NCBI GenBank assembly: GCA_963745025.1
Contig: CAVUWD010000014.1
Coordinates: forward strand, 240,339 to 304,338
DNA length: 64,000 bases
Reading direction: 5' to 3'
Source: an uncultured delta proteobacterium
Lineage (GTDB): Bacteria > Desulfobacterota > Binatia > JACPRU01
Shown: piece by piece, positions 37,202 through 45,895 of the stretch
How the letters are laid out: each line of letters begins with the position of its first letter
How positions within the stretch are numbered: the first letter of the stretch is position 1
The notes under the pieces: generated by a model
What the model was told of the DNA's origin: nothing
Databases searched by the model: none
The model's input: only the letters and a program-made list of their open reading frames with translations
Made by a program: the position numbers and the translations under genes

Positions 37202-38770
37202 CTATCGTTGGCGGGGCACGGCCGAGGAGGAGCCCATGGGAGAGCTGGCAGCAGGGCTCGACCCGGCGCTCTCCTCGCGCCGTCCCAGGAGGGGATTCTC
37301 CTGACAGGCGCCGTTCGTGGATGCATCGTGTACCGCGTCCTCGAAGTGTTGCGTGGCCCGCTCCAGGTCGCCGAGGGGTGCCTGCGAGTCCGCGTTTGCT
37401 GCGATGACCGTTTCCACTCGCTCCACGGCCTGCTCGACGTCTTCCGTCGCGCCCTCCAGCTTGCCGACGATTGCGGCCCGTTCCTTGGCGGCTAACGGCT
37501 CCGAAGTCTCCTCCGCGGCCGAGATGATCCTTTCGACCTGTACGCCCGCCATCTCGATTTGCTGATCCACCGCATCGGCCACATGGTCGGCCGTCGCGGG
37601 GTCGATGCCCATGCGACTCCCGCGCGCCCGCAGTCGCATCCGTCCTTGCTGCCGAAGAGCCCGGATCCGCGCGCGAAGACCCGCCCACGGATTCAGAGCC
37701 GCGTCCTCTGCCGCTGCGGGGTCTGTGTCGATCACCATGCTCTCGAGCAACACCTGGATGACGGCCGTCATCGGAATTGCGATGAAGACCCCGAGAAGGC
37801 CGTACAGGGTGCCGAAGGCCAGCACCGCGAAAATGCCGACGAGGGCGCTCACGCCAACCGCTCTATGCATGATCCGGGGGATGAGCACGTTGTTCTCCAT
37901 GACCTGGACGACCACTGAGAACCCGATCACCAGGAGTACGGTGCGCAAGCCGAGCGGGAGGGCGACGATGACAGCGGGCCCGGAAGCGAGGGTGGGTCCG
38001 ATCAACGGCACGGCCTCGAGCAGGCCCGCGAGGAATCCGAGGGCCAGGGCGTTTGGCAGGCCGATCAGCGTGTAGCCGATCGCCGAGGCCACGCCGATGG
38101 ACAACATCGCCAGCCCCTGAGCACGCAGATAGGCGCCCAGCTTGGACTCGATCTCGTGCCAGACATTGAGCACGTGGGCTCGCCGCCCGACCGGGAGGAG
38201 GGACAGTGTCAGTCGTTCGAAGCGCGGCACTTCCATCGTCCAGTAGAAGGCGACGGCGAGGACGGTCACGAAGTACGCGAAGAGGTGAACGACGCTCGTC
38301 GTGATTCCGACGACGCCACGGGACAACTCGGCTATGAGAGCGTCCGTCGAGCGTTCCAACGTGGGGAGCCGGTGCCCGATCAACTGGAACGGACCGGGCG
38401 CACTCGTCAGCAAGCGCAAGCGAAGGGTCGCATAGGTTTCAGGCAATGCGGCCGCGGTGGTGCGGATCTGCTCGATCAATGCCGGCCCGGCGAGGAGCGC
38501 GATCGAAACGAGCCCAATGGAGAACAAGAGGTAAATCAGCAGCACCGCGAGTCCCTTCGGGACGCCCCAGCGACAAAGCTTCACGTGCGAGGGCTGGAGC
38601 GCCGCGGCGACCGCCATGCCGATGAAGAGCAGGAGGAAGACGTCGATCAGCCGGTAGGCGAGAGCAGCCACTGCCACCGTGCCGATCACCACGGCCGTCG
38701 CGGCGGCAGTCTTTCGCAGGTCGATCGTCCGCGAACTGAATTCTCCCTCGATCTTGTTGGGGGTGCTCAC
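37202..38770 (-). CDS. AI-2E family transporter with a C-terminal helical extension
   Basis: LGAYLRAQG, LAGLLEAVPLIGP, QVMENNVLIPRIM..VGVS, GLLGVFIAIP. Confidence 0.92.
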   Translation of the reverse strand: MSTPNKIEGEFSSRTIDLRKTAAATAVVIGTVAVAALAYRLIDVFLLLFIGMAVAAALQPSHVKLCRWGVPKGLAVLLIYLLFSIGLVSIALLAGPALIEQIRTTAAALPETYATLRLRLLTSAPGPFQLIGHRLPTLERSTDALIAELSRGVVGITTSVVHLFAYFVTVLAVAFYWTMEVPRFERLTLSLLPVGRRAHVLNVWHEIESKLGAYLRAQGLAMLSIGVASAIGYTLIGLPNALALGFLAGLLEAVPLIGPTLASGPAVIVALPLGLRTVLLVIGFSVVVQVMENNVLIPRIMHRAVGVSALVGIFAVLAFGTLYGLLGVFIAIPMTAVIQVLLESMVIDTDPAAAEDAALNPWAGLRARIRALRQQGRMRLRARGSRMGIDPATADHVADAVDQQIEMAGVQVERIISAAEETSEPLAAKERAAIVGKLEGATEDVEQAVERVETVIAANADSQAPLGDLERATQHFEDAVHDASTNGACQENPLLGRREESAGSSPAASSPMGSSSAVPRQR

Positions 38771-39042
38771 GCGGGCTTGCTGGAATCGGCTGCGCCCTCT
38801 GGGGTCTTGGCGGTCTTGGCGATCTTGTCACGGAGATCGCCGACTCTTGCGCCAATCTCTTGGCGCAGCTCGGCGCCCGGCTTCGGCGCGAACAGGACCG
38901 CGAGCGCGGCGCCGGCGAGGATCCCGGCGGCGAAGATTCCAAACCCGGCTAGCAGGTGTCCCGGCGCATCGCTGCGGCCGGTCAGTTGTCGCAGCGCGTC
39001 CGCGATGTCGTCCTTGCTGGGAAGCAGGTCCAACGTGCTCAT
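38767..39042 (-). CDS. YtxH-domain protein
   Basis: GILAGAALAVLFAPKPGAELRQEI. Confidence 0.85.
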   Translation of the reverse strand: MSTLDLLPSKDDIADALRQLTGRSDAPGHLLAGFGIFAAGILAGAALAVLFAPKPGAELRQEIGARVGDLRDKIAKTAKTPEGAADSSKPA

Positions 39043-39278
39043 GATGTCTCCCTTTGTCGGGAATCAGCCGACCGATTCGTAGGCCGGAAGGCCGAAGCGC
39101 CTTTCGCCTGGCTCGAGATCAGCTCCTGAAGAACGGCGGTCATCGCCATTTGCCCGCTCGCCGCCAGGAGAAGGCGAACGAGGCGCCGAGGAGGAACGCC
39201 CCCTCCGAGGAGGTAGCCGGCGCCGGCAGCCGCCGCCAGCATCCAGTATGGGCTCCGTACGATGACTTCTCCGCTCAT
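39039..39278 (-). CDS. Small membrane-anchored hypothetical protein
   Basis: MSGEVIVRSPYWMLAAAAGAGYLLGGG; overlaps both neighbours by 4 nt. Confidence 0.65.
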   Translation of the reverse strand: MSGEVIVRSPYWMLAAAAGAGYLLGGGVPPRRLVRLLLAASGQMAMTAVLQELISSQAKGASAFRPTNRSADSRQRETS

Positions 39279-39478
39279 AGTCTCGACACCAGCCGGCCGA
39301 GCAAGAAGCCCGCAGCCGCGGCGACTCCCACCGCGACGAACGGATGTGCGTCGATGTAAGGGCGTACCCGGCGGTCGAACTCCTTGAGCGACGCTGCCGC
39401 GGAATCGACCCCCCGAGCGATCTCCTCCGTCGCCGTGCAGTCGCCGTTTTCGCCGCTCTCCTTGGCGTCCTGTTCCAT
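39275..39478 (-). CDS. DUF883/ElaB/YqjD-like protein
   Basis: YIDAHPFVAVGVAAAAGFLLGRL tail anchor. Confidence 0.8.
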   Translation of the reverse strand: MEQDAKESGENGDCTATEEIARGVDSAAASLKEFDRRVRPYIDAHPFVAVGVAAAAGFLLGRLVSRL

Positions 39479-39520
39479 CGTGTCCTCCTTCCATCTTCCT
39501 CGCTGTGTCGCGGGCTGCGC

Positions 39521-39721
39521 CTATCGTTTGGTGCCGAGCCACAGGCCCAGAACGAACCCGCCCAGCAACCATGGCAGAGGTCGCTCCGTGACCCACCTCG
39601 CCGGATCGACGCTGCGCCGGGCGATGCCCTCGAGATCGCCCAGTGCCTGACTGAGCTCCTGCTGACTATTCTCGACTTCGCGGATCGTCGCCGCGCGGGC
39701 TTCCGAATCGGGCTCGCTCAT
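39521..39721 (-). CDS. DUF3618/YqjK-like small protein
   Basis: IREVENSQQELSQALGDL..RPLPWLLGGFVLGLWLG. Confidence 0.65.
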   Translation of the reverse strand: MSEPDSEARAATIREVENSQQELSQALGDLEGIARRSVDPARWVTERPLPWLLGGFVLGLWLGTKR

Positions 39722-39737
39722 CTACGATTCCTTTCCG

Positions 39738-40115
39738 TCAAAGCGCCGAGCCGACGCGCTTGATCTGCGCAGCGTCGGGTTCGACCTTCAGGCGGCGAAG
39801 CTGTTGAATTCCCGCTAGCGCGAGCCCTGCTCCGATCAGCCCGGTGAAGCTTCCGACGATCGCCAGGCTGGCGAGCAGGGACATGTGCTCGTCTAGTCCG
39901 TGGAGGGTGAATGCCATCAGCGAGAGCCAGGCGCCGTTGATGAGAATCACGCCTCCGCCGATGAGAAGAAGGCTGCTCAGGGCGCGACCCAGGTCCTCCT
40001 TCACTTCGAGGCGGAGCGAGGAGATGTGCGCCAGCATCACGTTTTGACTGCTGTCGACGACTCGCTGCAACGCTCCCGAGAGAGAGAGGTCGTTGTTGAC
40101 GTCTTGGTTGGCCAT
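39738..40115 (-). CDS. Phage-holin-like (YqjE/holin-X) membrane protein
   Basis: LQRVVDSSQNVMLAHISSLRLEVKE plus two TM helices; first gene of the operon. Confidence 0.75.
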   Translation of the reverse strand: MANQDVNNDLSLSGALQRVVDSSQNVMLAHISSLRLEVKEDLGRALSSLLLIGGGVILINGAWLSLMAFTLHGLDEHMSLLASLAIVGSFTGLIGAGLALAGIQQLRRLKVEPDAAQIKRVGSAL

Positions 40116-40178
40116 GGTCGTTGACGCGTATCCGCCCAGTCTCTCCAGTAGTATCGCCCAAGACTGTACGAACGGCGA

Positions 40179-40194
40179 TCAGGGAAAGCCCTTA
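40179..40194. promoter_or_regulatory. 16-bp box upstream of the YqjE/ElaB/YtxH/AI-2E operon
   Basis: TCAGGGAAAGCCCTTA, 64 bp from the ATG. Confidence 0.75.
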
Positions 40195-40261
40195 TCATTG
40201 GTGATTGGCAAGAGACGCAAATTCCGCTCGATCAACCACCTGCTGCGCACGCCGGCGATCG

Positions 40262-41071
40262 CTACTTCTTAACGCGCTTGGGCTTCAGGTAGACGGCCGC
40301 GCCGCGCTCCAGCACGCGGAAGGCGAACGACTCGGTCAGATAGAGGTAGACTTTGTCTTGGTCGTGCCCCGCGTATCCGATGGACAGATCCTGTCCGACG
40401 CTGAGCTGATAGTCGCCGCCGCGATGTGACAGCAGCACTGCGCCGTCGACCTTTGGTGCCAACACCATCGGCCCGTCAAGGAAGTGTTCGACGCGCTCGC
40501 GGATCGGATAGCCGTCCTGCGCCGCCTGCGCCAAACCCGCGTAGCAGTTCGGTCCAAGCGCCAAGGCATAGGGACCATTGATACCCGCGCGCCGCAGCGT
40601 TTCGACGGCGTCCACCACGACGGACGGATAGTCTGCGTAATCGTCCGGGATGGTAAGTGCCGGGTGCGCAGCGGTGGCGATGATGCCCTCGATGCCTCCG
40701 GCCTTGAAACCGTTGAAGATGGCGTTGTCTTCGGCGTGCGCCGTCTTCTCCGCAGCACTGACCACTGCCGGAAGATCCAGCACGGCGCCGCGCGATGCGT
40801 TGTCGAGCTCCATGATTGGCAGCTCGAACGGCACCCGCACCTCGATCAATGGTGCGACCTCGCGCACGCCCCAGGGCACGCCGAGGCCGCCGTCGGTCCG
40901 CAGGGTCAGATGACCCGTGTTGATCGCGGCGTACTGCCACCCGTGCGGGCCGTCGAAGTCAACCAGCTTCCGTCCCGCCAGGTTGAGCTGCAGGACCCGC
41001 TTGGCTTCGTCGTCGATTTGCTTCCAGGCTTCGGGGGTAATCGGTGCGTGATTGCGCTTCAATAGATCCAT
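40262..41071 (-). CDS. Family 1 encapsulin shell protein (Linocin M18/HK97 fold)
   Basis: MDLLKRNHAPITPEAWKQIDDEAKRVL..AGRKLVDFDGPHGW..AEDNAIFNG..RGGDYQLSVGQDLSIGY..LYLTESFAF; 269 aa. Confidence 0.97.
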   Translation of the reverse strand: MDLLKRNHAPITPEAWKQIDDEAKRVLQLNLAGRKLVDFDGPHGWQYAAINTGHLTLRTDGGLGVPWGVREVAPLIEVRVPFELPIMELDNASRGAVLDLPAVVSAAEKTAHAEDNAIFNGFKAGGIEGIIATAAHPALTIPDDYADYPSVVVDAVETLRRAGINGPYALALGPNCYAGLAQAAQDGYPIRERVEHFLDGPMVLAPKVDGAVLLSHRGGDYQLSVGQDLSIGYAGHDQDKVYLYLTESFAFRVLERGAAVYLKPKRVKK

Positions 41072-41074
41072 GGC

Positions 41075-41437
41075 TCACTTCCCTTTCATGCTGCCAATGC
41101 CGAGCGTCGCGGCGGCCGCAGAAGTCGGGCCGTCCGTTTCAGCACCCTTCTCGATGCCGGTGATCGGTTGCTCGGTGAACAGGTACTTCCGCATCATCTC
41201 GTTGAAGTGGTCATTGTGACGGCGAATCCATTCCATGACCATCGTCGCGTGCTCGATCTCTTCGTTCTTGTTGTGTAGCAGCACGTCCTTCAACTGCGGA
41301 TCGGAACACGCGTCGGCGCGTTGCTGATACCAGTCGATTGCCTCGAGCTCCTCCATCAGGCTGACGATCGCACGGTGCATATTGACCGTGTCCGCCGTCA
41401 GGAGATCGAGCGATTCATGATAAGCGTCACTGGCCAT
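41075..41437 (-). CDS. Encapsulated ferritin-like protein (Flp/EncFtn) with a cargo-loading peptide
   Basis: HRAIVSLMEELEAIDWYQQRADA..HNKNEEIEHA ferroxidase motif; C-terminal LGIGSMK targeting peptide. Confidence 0.96.
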   Translation of the reverse strand: MASDAYHESLDLLTADTVNMHRAIVSLMEELEAIDWYQQRADACSDPQLKDVLLHNKNEEIEHATMVMEWIRRHNDHFNEMMRKYLFTEQPITGIEKGAETDGPTSAAAATLGIGSMKGK

Positions 41438-41524
41438 GTGGCTTTCCCTCTCTGTCCGTCTAGATGCTTGCCGAGGCACCGGGACCGGTGCATCGAAACT
41501 ATGAATCCGAACCGTTTAGACCGC

Positions 41525-42139
41525 CTACAGCGCGAGGTCCAGTGTGCGCACCTTCTGAAAGCGCTGCGCCACGTCCTCCCAATTGACCACCTTCCAGAAT
41601 GCTCCAACCCAGTCGCCCTTCACGTTTTGATACTGCAGGTAGTAGGCATGTTCCCACATGTCGAGAACCAGCAGCGGCACCGTGCCATTGCCGATGTTGC
41701 CTTGGTGGTCGTAGACCTGCTCCACGACCAAGCGCTGGCCGACGGGCTCCCACGCCATGGCCCCCCAGCCCGAGCCCTGCACGTTGAGCGCCGCTTCCGT
41801 CAGCTGACTCTTGAGGGCATCGAACGAGCCGAACGACTCTTGGATGGCCGTGGTCAGCTCACCCGCTGGTTGCCCGCCGCCGTGCGGGCTCATGTTGCGC
41901 CAGAAGAGTGAGTGCAGCACGTGGCCGGAAACATGAAAGGCGAGGTTCTTTTGCAGCTGGTTGATCGCCTCGAAGTTCCGTTGCTCGCGTGCCGCAGCGA
42001 GCTTCTCGAGGGTGGCGTTCGCGCCGGCGACGTACGCGGCGTGGTGTTTACCGTGATGCAGCTCGAGCAGCCGCGCGGAGTAGTGTGGCTCCAGCGCCGA
42101 GTAGTTGTATGGCAGTTCAGGCAGTTTATACGTCCTCAT
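41525..42139 (-). CDS. sod: Fe/Mn superoxide dismutase
   Basis: [42 protein letters not shown]. Confidence 0.97.
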   Translation of the reverse strand: MRTYKLPELPYNYSALEPHYSARLLELHHGKHHAAYVAGANATLEKLAAAREQRNFEAINQLQKNLAFHVSGHVLHSLFWRNMSPHGGGQPAGELTTAIQESFGSFDALKSQLTEAALNVQGSGWGAMAWEPVGQRLVVEQVYDHQGNIGNGTVPLLVLDMWEHAYYLQYQNVKGDWVGAFWKVVNWEDVAQRFQKVRTLDLAL

Positions 42140-42246
42140 GGTCTCTCTCCTTTGGACGAGTTGCTTCGATGAAATCCGCCTTGGCATTGGTGCCCGTTCA
42201 TCTCAGTCGATCCGCGTAGATGCTGGCGGTTGATGTACGTCGCGGG

Positions 42247-42389
42247 GAGCGTAGCCGTGACGGCGGTGCCGAGGACGTCGGCAAGCGCGTCTAGACCCCG
42301 TGTGTGCCCGGCGATTCCCACATTCCATCCAGACTAGGTTTCAACTACACCCGATGACGGTGGAATGATTATAAGGGGTTTCCCCGAGA
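42247..42389 (-). repeat. Degenerate copy of the KaiC-operon promoter and gene stub, including box TAAGGGGTTTCCCCGA (42372-42387)
   Basis: Aligns to 30336-30580 with an ~80-bp internal deletion; start ATG changed to ACG. Confidence 0.85.
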
Positions 42390-42490
42390 GGACTCGCACT
42401 TGCGGTGCTCGTCCAATAATCGGCGGTTTATGGCAACTCGGCCGCCGACCTGGCGCAGCTCTGCGAACGCTGGCTGCACCCCGACTGCGA

Positions 42491-42854
42491 TCAGTCGATC
42501 CGCGGTCCATGCCGGCGGTTGACATACGCCGCGATGACCGAGCCGACGACGATGGAGAGCACCGCGACCAGCAGGGCGTGAAGATAGGCGACGATGCCGA
42601 GGACAAACCCCTCGATGAGCCACGTGCCTGCGATGCTCACCCCGAGCAGCAATACCACGGTGGCGGCCCACGGCTGGCCGCGCCACACGCCGGCCGCGGC
42701 CGCGAGCGCGCACATCACTTGCAAGACGAAGCCTATCAGCAGCAACGGCACGGGCGGGCCGAACCAGCATCGCGGGCACGTAGCCCGCGATGTACACGCC
42801 GGATCCCGCCAGCGCGACGGCAATCAGGAGCAACGCAGTGGATCGATCATCCAT
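42491..42854 (-). CDS. 4-TM membrane protein (one apparent frameshift)
   Basis: MDDRSTALLLIAVALAG / PPVPLLLIGFVLQ..GVWRGQPWA..IEGFVLGIVAYL. Confidence 0.75.
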
Positions 42855-42887
42855 GGCGCCCTGCCTTTTCAGACATCCACCCCGCGT

Positions 42888-43292
42888 TTAGCAGCCGAAT
42901 GCGCTGCGGAAGCGCTTGACGGCTGCGGTGGCGGTCGCTCGGGCATCAACGAGGACGGAATCAACCGTGCGCTTGATGTCTGCCCACGAGCCGCCGGCGG
43001 CTGCGGACACGCGCTTGAGGGCACCTGCAGCCTCGCGCTGCTTCGACTTCAAGGCGCTCAAGTGAGTGCGCGCATCCTTGCGCAATTCGCGAATCCGCGC
43101 GCGCGCATCGGCCTCGAGCTTATGCTCCGCCTCGCGCAAGCCCCGCTGGACTTCACCGATCGATTTTTCCAGGTGCCTGACGCCCTGTCGAATCTCGGCG
43201 TACATGGCCCGCGCCTCGCGCGACATCGCCTTCTGCGCCCGCCGGGGCGCGCTCATCGTTTTGGAACGCTTCTTTGGTGCCTTGGGGGACAT
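42888..43292 (-). CDS. Basic coiled-coil hypothetical protein
   Basis: 134-aa amphipathic helical ORF with a GGAAGGAG RBS. Confidence 0.7.
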   Translation of the reverse strand: MSPKAPKKRSKTMSAPRRAQKAMSREARAMYAEIRQGVRHLEKSIGEVQRGLREAEHKLEADARARIRELRKDARTHLSALKSKQREAAGALKRVSAAAGGSWADIKRTVDSVLVDARATATAAVKRFRSAFGC

Positions 43293-43396
43293 GGTCTTCT
43301 CCTTCCCGCGCAGCTCGATCGCAGCACGCGCGTCGTTGCCCTGGTTTCTGTCAAGCCAGAATCCACCTCAAGTAATGATCTTCCGCCGCAATCGCC

Positions 43397-44089
43397 TCAT
43401 GAGATCGCTCTGGCGATCAAGAATGCCGCCGCGGCGGCTAATCCGCCAATCAGTACCGTTTGGAGAGAGCTGCGCACCGGTGCCGCACCGGTGAAGTGCC
43501 CCTTCACGTATCCAAAGATCGCCAGCGCAAGCAGTGTAATGCCGACCGAGGCAGGAAGCGCCATGGTCGCTTTCAGAGCGATGTAGGGACCCAGCGGGAT
43601 GAAGCCGCCGACGATGTACGCCAGCGCAATGGTCACCGCGCTGCCGAGCGCTCTGCCTGGATCGGGCTTCTCGAGTCCCAGCTCGAATCGCATCATGAAA
43701 TCAACCCAAGCCCCGGGGCGCTTGCGCAGCGCGTCGACCACCGGCTTCGACTCCGCCGACGTCAGACCATAGGCGCGAAAGACGTCCGCCACCTCCTCTG
43801 CCTCGACCCCGGCTCTCTCCCGCACTTCCGTTTCTTCGCGTACCCGCTCCGCGTCGTAGTGCTCGGCATCGCTCCGTGCGGCCAGATAGCCGCCCAATCC
43901 CATCGCGATGGATCCCGCGGCGATCTCCGCTAGCCCCGCCGTGACGATGATGCTCGTATTGTCGACGGCGCCGGACAGGCCGGCCGCGAGCGCAAACGGT
44001 ACAGTTAGCCCATCGGACATCCCAATCACGATGTCTCGCACCGTCGCCGAACCCGTGAAATGTCGTTCAACGTGCGGTGTTTGCGGCAT
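43397..44089 (-). CDS. VIT1/CCC1 iron/manganese transporter
   Basis: VRDIVIGMSDGLTVPFALAAGLSG..GLAEIAAGSIAMGLGGYLAA..WVDFMMRFELGL. Confidence 0.96.
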   Translation of the reverse strand: MPQTPHVERHFTGSATVRDIVIGMSDGLTVPFALAAGLSGAVDNTSIIVTAGLAEIAAGSIAMGLGGYLAARSDAEHYDAERVREETEVRERAGVEAEEVADVFRAYGLTSAESKPVVDALRKRPGAWVDFMMRFELGLEKPDPGRALGSAVTIALAYIVGGFIPLGPYIALKATMALPASVGITLLALAIFGYVKGHFTGAAPVRSSLQTVLIGGLAAAAAFLIARAIS

Positions 44090-44172
44090 GATGCCTTCCC
44101 GAGTTGGTGGGGACAGCGAACGATTCGAGCTCGGCGGTGAGCGAGACTGCCTCGGCAGCGCTGAGGCGGCAG

Positions 44173-44395
44173 CTAGCTCTTTTTGGGCACCAGCAACAGG
44201 ATCCCGCCAATCACTATCGCCCCGACGCTAGCCCAGACTGGGACGTTGACCGTCTCCTTGTCCTTCATCGACAGTTCGAGCGAGCCGATCTTGGCCTCGT
44301 GGGTCTCCTTGGTGTAGCTGAACATGCCGTACGCCAATCCCAGGATGCCGGCTACGATCAACACGATTACCGCAATCTTTCTTGATTGCGCTCAT
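44173..44395 (-). CDS. Small 2-TM membrane protein, paralog of 32449-32667 (frameshift near the start)
   Basis: LIVAGILGLAYGMFSYTKETHEAKIGSLELSMKDKETVNVPVW; shares the GGAGACGAGATG leader. Confidence 0.8.
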
Positions 44396-44441
44396 CTCGT
44401 CTCCTCCGCAGAGAAACCCGGTCGCGGGGCCAGAGTCTAGG

Positions 44442-44594
44442 TCACCCCAAGGGTGCTCGACCTTGAACGACACGAACCAGAATCACCACGACCGCGACGA
44501 CCAAGAGGAGGTGAATGAACCCGCCCATTGTGTAGGAGGAAACAAAACCAAGTAGCCACAGGATGATCAAGATGACCGCGATGGTTTCGAGCAT
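44442..44594 (-). CDS. lmo0937-family (DUF5670) small membrane protein (50 aa, not in the ORF track)
   Basis: MLETIAVILIILWLLGFVSSYTMGGFIHLLLVVAVVVILVRVVQGRAPLG*. Confidence 0.9.
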   Translation of the reverse strand: MLETIAVILIILWLLGFVSSYTMGGFIHLLLVVAVVVILVRVVQGRAPLG

Positions 44595-44701
44595 TTTTCT
44601 CCTCCTTCGCCCGTGAGGTGGCGCCGATCGGAATCATATCCCCAGCGACCCGCCGCCGCTGCCGTGGGTCGCTATCCCAGAGAATCAACTCAGGACGCGA
44701 C

Positions 44702-44869
44702 TCAGCTGATCGCATCTTTGACCTTGTCGATGACCTTCTCCACCTTCTGCTTTATCTTTCCGACAGCCTGGTCGGTTTTCCCCTCCCGCTTCAGCTTCTT
44801 GTCCCCGGTCAGAACGCCCGCAGCTTCCTTCACGCGTCCCTTCAGTTCATCAGACTTGCCGCTCGCCAT
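44702..44869 (-). CDS. csbD: CsbD family stress protein (55 aa, not in the ORF track)
   Basis: MASGKSDELKGRVKEAAGVLTGDKKLKREGKTDQAVGKIKQKVEKVIDKVKDAIS*. Confidence 0.93.
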   Translation of the reverse strand: MASGKSDELKGRVKEAAGVLTGDKKLKREGKTDQAVGKIKQKVEKVIDKVKDAIS

Positions 44870-44904
44870 GGTCGATCCTCCTTAACTTTCCTGTAGCCCT
44901 TGAG

Positions 44905-44920
44905 TGCAACGGTTGTGCCC
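44905..44920 (-). promoter_or_regulatory. Putative sigma-54 promoter of csbD
   Basis: GGGCACAACCGTTGCA = GG-N10-GC (-24/-12). Confidence 0.7.
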
Positions 44921-45193
44921 GGACCTGCGTTTCATCATGCGTAACAACATGTCTTCCGGATGTCGTTCGATGCGAATCTACTGTCGCGCAAAGTTTGCCC
45001 GGCCATCGAATCGGGCGAGGCCGGGCGGCACGCCCAGTCGCACAAGAAAAGTGGTTTCGGGGTTAGCATGGGTATGATCGGATCGATGAACCAGTTGACG
45101 GTCGGGCGCACCGCGAAGCGCACGACGTCGATTTTCCCGGCGACGGTTCGTTGAAGATTGCCGCCCTCACTTTGGCAGCAATGGATGGAGGCG

Positions 45194-45349
45194 TCAGAAG
45201 TTCAGCCGCCCAGTCAGAAGCAGGATGATAAGGATGATCAGGATGATGCCGCCGAGCCCGGACGGTGCATACCCATAGTTATGGTAACCCCAGTTGGGCA
45301 AGCCACCGAAGACGAGGAGCAACAGGACAATCAGAAGCAGCAGTGACAT
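45194..45349 (-). CDS. DUF3309 small membrane protein (51 aa)
   Basis: MSLLLLIVLLLLVFGGLPNWGYHNYGYAPSGLGGIILIILIILLLTGRLNF*. Confidence 0.9.
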   Translation of the reverse strand: MSLLLLIVLLLLVFGGLPNWGYHNYGYAPSGLGGIILIILIILLLTGRLNF

Positions 45350-45412
45350 GACGTTCTCCTTGTGCCCGAGGTACAGGCGTTGGGTGGGTTAGCTGGCGCG
45401 GCTGGCGTGGTG

Positions 45413-45524
45413 CCTTCGCGCGCCAGTTCATTGGACTTGCCGCTCGCCATGGTCGATCCTCTTTAACTCTCCTGCAGCCCTTGACTGCAACGGTTGTGCC
45501 CGGACCTGCGTTCGTCATGCGCAA
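45413..45524 (-). repeat. Duplicated csbD 5' stub with its sigma-54 promoter
   Basis: Near-identical to ~44826-44944; promoter copy at 45486-45501; stub reads MASGKSNELA. Confidence 0.85.
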
Positions 45525-45895
45525 TATGCCGCGATGTTCCTCAAGCCTCGAATTCTCATTGCCGGAAAATTGTTCTCTCTCCGATTCTCACTACTGGGAA
45601 TTATTCTCTCTCCGATGCGAGTGCAACCGAGCTGCCCCTCCGCTTAAAGGCAGTCGTCATCCGTGAGCGCACCTGCGGCCTCTTTTGATCCGCCCTTTGA
45701 TCTCTCTTGCCACCCATGGGCGTGCTCCCTTCCGCTTCCTGCTGCGACCGCCCGCGCCGCGGTCGCAGCAGTGTGGTTGTGCCACGTCGTGCGCAGCGTT
45801 GTTGATGAAGTAGCGTCGTTCCGTACCTGTCGGTCCACGATAGAGCCTGCCTGCACTGCCCGGCACATCCATACGAACGCGGTAAGCCAGTACGA

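Noticed and set aside
37096-37230. Possible IS1380-like transposase scrap (LELYRWRGTAEE)
   Set aside because: The match is too short to call without a search.
40262-41071. Prophage capsid or bacteriocin (with the adjacent 'holin' at 39738)
   Set aside because: The HK97-fold protein is an encapsulin with Flp cargo, the holin-like gene belongs to a YqjE/ElaB-type stress operon, and there are no terminase, portal or tail genes.
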